In this document: positions 59,335-64,000 of the stretch, piece after piece
Layout: every line of letters starts with the position of its first letter
Position numbering within the stretch: the stretch's first letter is position 1
Source: Verrucomicrobiia bacterium
GTDB lineage: Bacteria > Verrucomicrobiota > Verrucomicrobiia > Limisphaerales > UBA11358
Assembly: GCA_035776755.1 (NCBI GenBank)
Contig: DASTWS010000015.1
Span: 5,474 to 69,473, forward strand
Length of the DNA stretch: 64,000 nucleotides
Direction: 5' to 3'
Program-made: the position numbers and the translations under genes
The notes under the pieces: model-generated
What the model saw: the letters and a program-made list of their open reading frames with translations, nothing else
Database searches by the model: none
What the model was told of the DNA's origin: nothing

Positions 59335-61476
59335 ATGCCAGAAAAAATAAACGCCCAATTGGGCGACAAGCAGGTCATTATCGAAACAGGGAAACTCGCC
59401 AAACAGGCCGACGGCGCCGTGACTGTCCAACTCGGCGAAACGATTATTCTCGTTGCCGCCGTCGCCGCGACGAAAGCCAAGGAAGGTCAGGATTTCTTTC
59501 CGTTGACCGTGGATTATCGCGAAAAAGCCGCCGCTGCGGGAAAATTTCCCGGCGGTTACTTCAAGCGCGAAGGCCGGCCGACCGAAAAAGAAATTCTCAC
59601 CATGCGGCTCACCGACCGGCCGATTCGTCCGCTCTTTCCGAAGGGTTGGTATAACGAAGTGCAGGTGCAAACGGTCGTGTTGAGCGCGGACGGCGAAAAC
59701 GATCCCGACATTTTGAGCATCATCGGCGCCAGCGCGGCGTTGACGGTCAGCGATATTCCGTGGGCCGGTCCGCTTGGCGCGGTGCGCGTCGGTCGCGTCA
59801 ATGGCAAATTCATCGCCAATCCCACGCACGCCGAAATGGCGGATAGCGATTTGGATTTGGTCTATGTCGGCAATCAAAACGATGTCGTGATGTATGAAGG
59901 TTCGGCGAAAGAAATTTCCGAGGCTGATTTCAATGCCGCGCTGAAATTCGCGCAGGAAGTGATTCAGCCGATGATCGCCGCGCAAAAGGAATTGGCTGCG
60001 AAAGCCGGCAAACAAAAACGCCAGATCACGCTTAAAATCGTTCCCGACGAGATTCTTGCTGAAGCCAAGTCTCTCGCCGGCGACCGTTTTCTGCCCGCGC
60101 TGTTGACGCCGGGCAAGCTCGCGCGCGAATCGGCGGTCAACGCGATCAAGGACGAAGTCGGCGCCAAACTGAAAGAAAAATTCGGCGAAGAAAAAGTCAC
60201 CGATTTTGTTGTCAACGATGCGTTCTACTACATCCAAAAAGAAGCCGTCCGCAAATTGATTTTGCAAAACGGCAAACGTTTGGATGGCCGCAATTTTGAA
60301 CAAGTTCGCCCGATTTCGAGCGAAGTGGGCATTCTCCCGCGCGCCCACGGTTCGGCGCTTTTCTCACGTGGCGAAACGCAAGCGGTCACGCTGGCAACCC
60401 TTGGCACCGGCGAAGACGTTCAGGAATTCGATTCCTACACCGGCGGCGAAAGTGAAAAGAAATTTATTTTGCACTACAACTTCCCGAATTTCTCCGTCGG
60501 CGAAACCGGACGTATTTCCGGTCCGGGCCGGCGCGAAATCGGTCACGGCGCTTTGGCTGAACGTTCGATTGAGCCGATGATTCCGGTCAAGGATTATCCG
60601 TATGCGATTCGCGTTACGAGTGAAATCATGGAATCGAACGGCTCGACTTCGATGGCCAGCGTTTGCGGCGGCACGCTGGCGCTTATGGACGCAGGTGTCC
60701 CGATGATTCGTCCGGTTGCCGGCATCAGCGTCGGCATCTGCACCGAATACAGCGGCGACAAAATTTCCAAGTATCAACTTCTCACCGACATCATCGGATG
60801 GGAAGATCATTACTGCGACATGGATTGCAAGATTGCCGGCACGGAAAAGGGCATCACCGGCTTCCAGCTCGATTTGAAGCTGAAAGGTCTGCCGCACAAC
60901 ATCATGACCGAAGCAATTGAAAAAGCCCGCGTCGCGCGCATGATGATTCTTGGCGAAATGGCCAAGACGCTCGCCGAACCGCGCAAGGAATTGAGCAAAT
61001 ACGCGCCGCGCATCGAGGTTGTCAGAATTAATCCGGAAAAGATCGGCGCGCTCATCGGGCCGGGCGGCAAGAACATCAAACGCCTCGTCGAAGAATCCGG
61101 TTGCGAAATCAACATCGAAGACGACGGCACGGTGAACATCTTCTCCGTCTCGCCCGAAGGCATGAAGATTGCCAAGGACGCCATCACCGGCATGACGGCG
61201 GAAGCCGAGGTCGGCAAGATCTATCGCGGCAAAGTGGTGACCGTGAAAGAATTCGGCGCGTTCGTGGAATTTTTGCCGGGCAAAGATGGCCTCGTGCACA
61301 TCAGCGAGCTTGCAAATTTCCGCGTGAAGAAAACCGAGGACATCGTGAAAGTCGGCGACGAGATCACGGTCAAATGCCTTGGCGTGGACGAAAAAGGTCG
61401 CGTGCGCCTATCGCGCAAAGCCGCGATGGAAGACCGCGACAAAGAAATGGGCGGCGAACAACCGCCGAAAGAATAA
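59335..61476 (+). CDS. pnp: Polyribonucleotide nucleotidyltransferase
   Basis: [32 protein letters not shown] and [10 protein letters not shown] and S1 domains. Confidence 0.97.
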   Translation: MPEKINAQLGDKQVIIETGKLAKQADGAVTVQLGETIILVAAVAATKAKEGQDFFPLTVDYREKAAAAGKFPGGYFKREGRPTEKEILTMRLTDRPIRPLFPKGWYNEVQVQTVVLSADGENDPDILSIIGASAALTVSDIPWAGPLGAVRVGRVNGKFIANPTHAEMADSDLDLVYVGNQNDVVMYEGSAKEISEADFNAALKFAQEVIQPMIAAQKELAAKAGKQKRQITLKIVPDEILAEAKSLAGDRFLPALLTPGKLARESAVNAIKDEVGAKLKEKFGEEKVTDFVVNDAFYYIQKEAVRKLILQNGKRLDGRNFEQVRPISSEVGILPRAHGSALFSRGETQAVTLATLGTGEDVQEFDSYTGGESEKKFILHYNFPNFSVGETGRISGPGRREIGHGALAERSIEPMIPVKDYPYAIRVTSEIMESNGSTSMASVCGGTLALMDAGVPMIRPVAGISVGICTEYSGDKISKYQLLTDIIGWEDHYCDMDCKIAGTEKGITGFQLDLKLKGLPHNIMTEAIEKARVARMMILGEMAKTLAEPRKELSKYAPRIEVVRINPEKIGALIGPGGKNIKRLVEESGCEINIEDDGTVNIFSVSPEGMKIAKDAITGMTAEAEVGKIYRGKVVTVKEFGAFVEFLPGKDGLVHISELANFRVKKTEDIVKVGDEITVKCLGVDEKGRVRLSRKAAMEDRDKEMGGEQPPKE

Positions 61477-61492
61477 TTATCTGGAGCGATTC

Positions 61493-61527
61493 AAAGCGCG
61501 AATGGCGAAAGCTGTTCGCGCTTTTTT
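61493..61527 (+). terminator. Intrinsic terminator after pnp
   Basis: Stem aaagcgcgaatggc-GAAA-gctgttcgcgcttt followed by a T run. Confidence 0.85.
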
Positions 61528-61542
61528 AGCAACTATTGAAGG

Positions 61543-61872
61543 TCAAACCAACAAAGCGAGTAATTGCCTTTCCGCATCAGGAATGAGCGTTTCTGAATAA
61601 TCATTCCACGTTTTTGGATTTTCAACTTTTGGAATAAATAATCTATCCAATGGCGGAAATGCTAGTGCGCCAGTTGCTTCAATAATTGCTCTTTTGCCGT
61701 TGAGTGAAATTTCCCATGCGCCGTGTTGATAACCTTGCCGACGATATTCCATAATTCCGCCGTGCCGCTCGATAATGTCGCGCAATTTGCTGTAAGCGCG
61801 TCTTTTAATTTCAGTGCTCTTTGATATTTGGCTTTGCTCCCATTGAAATTTTTTGTCGAGCCAGAATGCCAA
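61543..61872 (-). CDS. Hypothetical protein, AT-rich, start uncertain
   Basis: Protein-like ORF filling the gap between the pnp terminator and lnt; the track start overlaps the lnt 3' end by about 60 bp. Confidence 0.45.
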   Translation of the reverse strand: MAFWLDKKFQWEQSQISKSTEIKRRAYSKLRDIIERHGGIMEYRRQGYQHGAWEISLNGKRAIIEATGALAFPPLDRLFIPKVENPKTWNDYSETLIPDAERQLLALLV

Positions 61873-64000
61873 TTGTCCAGATTACGCAAATCCATCCAAA
61901 CCAATCGCCATGACGATTGTAAAATGTTTGCGCGTGCGATTGAACCGGCATTTCAACGGTCATCGCGCCGGGACCGTAAACATCGCCGGACCGGCTGCGG
62001 AAAATTTCGCGGACGCGGCCGTGCGCATCAATCCAGCAGGTCACGCCATTGTTGCAACAGCGGATGAGCGGAACATTGTTTTCCACGGCGCGAAAGATTG
62101 CATTCGCTTCGTGCTGCCATTGTTCGGCGCTGTCGCCAAACCAGCCGTCGTTTGTCAAATTAACCAGAAAATCGGTGTCATTTTTCGTCGCCCTTCGACC
62201 GAGTTGCGGAAAAGTGTCTTCAAAACAAATCAGCGGCGAGGCTGTGACAGTCAAGCCCGGTGAAGTTCCGGAAGAGTTGATTTCAAATTGCGACGGTTCA
62301 TCGCCGGCTGCGAAACCGCCGGTGATCGGTGTGAGCCATTTCACGAATGGCAACCAGCGCGCGAGTGGAATGTATTCGCCAAACATCACGAGCTTTTGCT
62401 TGTGATAGATCGCGGCGCACTTGCCGTCCGGCGAAAATAGAAACGCCGAATTGAAAACATCATAACGTTCATTGCTGGACGGATTTAAAGCCGGAACAAA
62501 ATCATCGGAATTAAAAATCAACCAGACATGATGCGCTTTGACGAAGCCGGTGATGGCGGTGTAATTGGAATAATTGACTTCAGGCGATTCCGGAACGGCG
62601 GATTCCGGCCACACCAATAAATCGGTCGGATTTGTCAGGGCATTTTCGGAAAGCGTGAGCAATTGCTGGAAGCGATTTGAATTGGCGGTTTCATCCCAAA
62701 TCAGATTTTGCGGAATGCTCGGCTGGATCAAGGTGAGGCGCAGCGTGTTTGCATCGGGCGACGGCGATTGCATTTTGAATTCGCCGGACGCGAAAAGGCC
62801 GGCAACGGCGAATAGCGGCAGTGCGATCTCCGGCTGCCAGGCGAATCGGGATTTTGGTTTTTCAAAGACCATTCGCACGGCAGAAAACAGCGACAGCGAC
62901 GTCCAGACGATCAGAAATGAAATTCCATAAACGCCGGTGAATGAAGCAAATTGGATGAGCGGCGTCATGTGTGCCTGCGAAACGCCCATGAAACTCCAGG
63001 GAAATCCGCCGAGCAGCCGTGCGCGCAACATTTCCAGCGCCACCCAAACCGCCGCGCCGCCAAGCGACCAAAGCCATCGCGCGATCCACGAATCGCCTTT
63101 CCAATTCGAAACGAGCCAAAGCCATGTTGCAGAAAACAACGCGAGAAAAGCACAAAGCGAAAGCCAGCCGAGGATCGGAAATCCGGCAACCGGAATCAGC
63201 AGCAACCAATAAAGTGTGGAGAGCCAAAATGCGAGGCCAAACGCGTAACCGATGCGAAAGGCGTCCGCGCCGGATTTATTCTTCGCGGCCAGAACCAACA
63301 ACGCCGGAGCAATCCAGGCGAAGCCTTCGACATTTGCTTTTGGAAATGCGAGAGCCAGGAGAATTCCAGCGACGATTGACAGCAGGTAACCGCTGCGGAG
63401 AAACAGTTCGCTGAAAAAATGGAATGGAATTTCGAACGGCGAATATCCTTCCAAAAACGTTTCGCCCGGTTCCGCCAAATGGGCCGCGCGCCTGGCGACG
63501 GCTCGGCTGGCATTGACGACAATCGCCTTTCGTGCGCCGGGCCAGACGCCAAGGTCCACGACTGAATTTCCAGCGTAATCGAATCCACGTTCGCCAAAGC
63601 GCGCGACGAGGGCTTTAAGCTTGTTGTGGCTGCGCAAATTGGTCACGCCTTCGCTGGCCATGACTTCGTCGAAAATCCCGAGATGATTGGCGACGGGCAA
63701 TGCCATTTTGATGTCGGCCGCCGTTGCGAGAATGATTTTTCGCCCGGCAATTTTTTGTTCTCTCAGCCACGTGAGAAATTTTTCGTTATAGGGCAGGGCG
63801 ATGGCATCAATTTTAACGCGCCGCCCCAATTGATGTTTCAGGTGCGCCCGGCCGCGCGTCCACCAGAACAGGATTTGAAAAATGGAAAATGGGTTTCGTC
63901 GAAGCAGACGCGCGATGCACTCCATGAATATATCCGTCTTGATGATCGTGCCATCCATGTCCACGACGAGCGGGATTTGATTTTCCGGCGATTGAGACAT
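61811..64000 (-). CDS. lnt: HAD-like domain fused to apolipoprotein N-acyltransferase
   Basis: N-terminal PLVVDMDGT, LATA, K and YAGNS..D; Lnt motifs GGFPW, QPSI, WPES, K.KLV.FGEY.P, ICFED, TNDGWF and RAVEN. The ATG is at the window edge. Confidence 0.88.
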   Translation of the reverse strand: MSQSPENQIPLVVDMDGTIIKTDIFMECIARLLRRNPFSIFQILFWWTRGRAHLKHQLGRRVKIDAIALPYNEKFLTWLREQKIAGRKIILATAADIKMALPVANHLGIFDEVMASEGVTNLRSHNKLKALVARFGERGFDYAGNSVVDLGVWPGARKAIVVNASRAVARRAAHLAEPGETFLEGYSPFEIPFHFFSELFLRSGYLLSIVAGILLALAFPKANVEGFAWIAPALLVLAAKNKSGADAFRIGYAFGLAFWLSTLYWLLLIPVAGFPILGWLSLCAFLALFSATWLWLVSNWKGDSWIARWLWSLGGAAVWVALEMLRARLLGGFPWSFMGVSQAHMTPLIQFASFTGVYGISFLIVWTSLSLFSAVRMVFEKPKSRFAWQPEIALPLFAVAGLFASGEFKMQSPSPDANTLRLTLIQPSIPQNLIWDETANSNRFQQLLTLSENALTNPTDLLVWPESAVPESPEVNYSNYTAITGFVKAHHVWLIFNSDDFVPALNPSSNERYDVFNSAFLFSPDGKCAAIYHKQKLVMFGEYIPLARWLPFVKWLTPITGGFAAGDEPSQFEINSSGTSPGLTVTASPLICFEDTFPQLGRRATKNDTDFLVNLTNDGWFGDSAEQWQHEANAIFRAVENNVPLIRCCNNGVTCWIDAHGRVREIFRSRSGDVYGPGAMTVEMPVQSHAQTFYNRHGDWFGWICVIWTIGILARQKISMGAKPNIKEH

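Noticed and set aside
59299..61299. Antisense ORFs of 349 aa and 311 aa over pnp
   Set aside because: They are shadow frames of a conserved gene.
1..64000. tRNA, rRNA, transposase, integrase or prophage genes
   Set aside because: None was recognised; the intergenic gaps are short and lack cloverleaf or rRNA signatures (by eye only).

Overview
A gene-dense bacterial chromosomal segment. Protein families and style point to Verrucomicrobiota, probably Pedosphaera/Limisphaera-like (inference). Housekeeping genes: mqnD (partial), sppA, clpB, accD, oppABC, secG-tpiA-pgk, nadA, tilS-rpsO-pnp and lnt. A phosphate locus (Pho-box-like repeats, porin, pstSCAB-phoU, then DUF47-pit) is interrupted by a ~10 kb opposite-strand block encoding a prepilin-like protein, a LamG protein, GH43, GH51, an ECF sigma factor and a Ser/Thr kinase. 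Two paralogous S53 proteases bracket an orphan Rhs-core module whose 3' part and two following small ORFs are AT-rich. No rRNA, tRNA, CRISPR array, transposase or integrase was seen. Most notable findings: (1) a 60-63 bp palindromic element inserted in frame, in the same frame, three times inside genes (GH20 once, tilS twice); (2) a shared ~70-aa C-terminal W..S..L..W..F[FY]R domain on four exported proteins, a candidate sorting signal, two of them in a pilin-led PUL-like locus; (3) a eukaryote-type Pgk; (4) a HAD-Lnt fusion; (5) a circularly permuted SpoIVB-like protease paired with a beta-propeller protein; (6) a Thr-Asn bias in exported proteins. All counts and alignments were done by eye.
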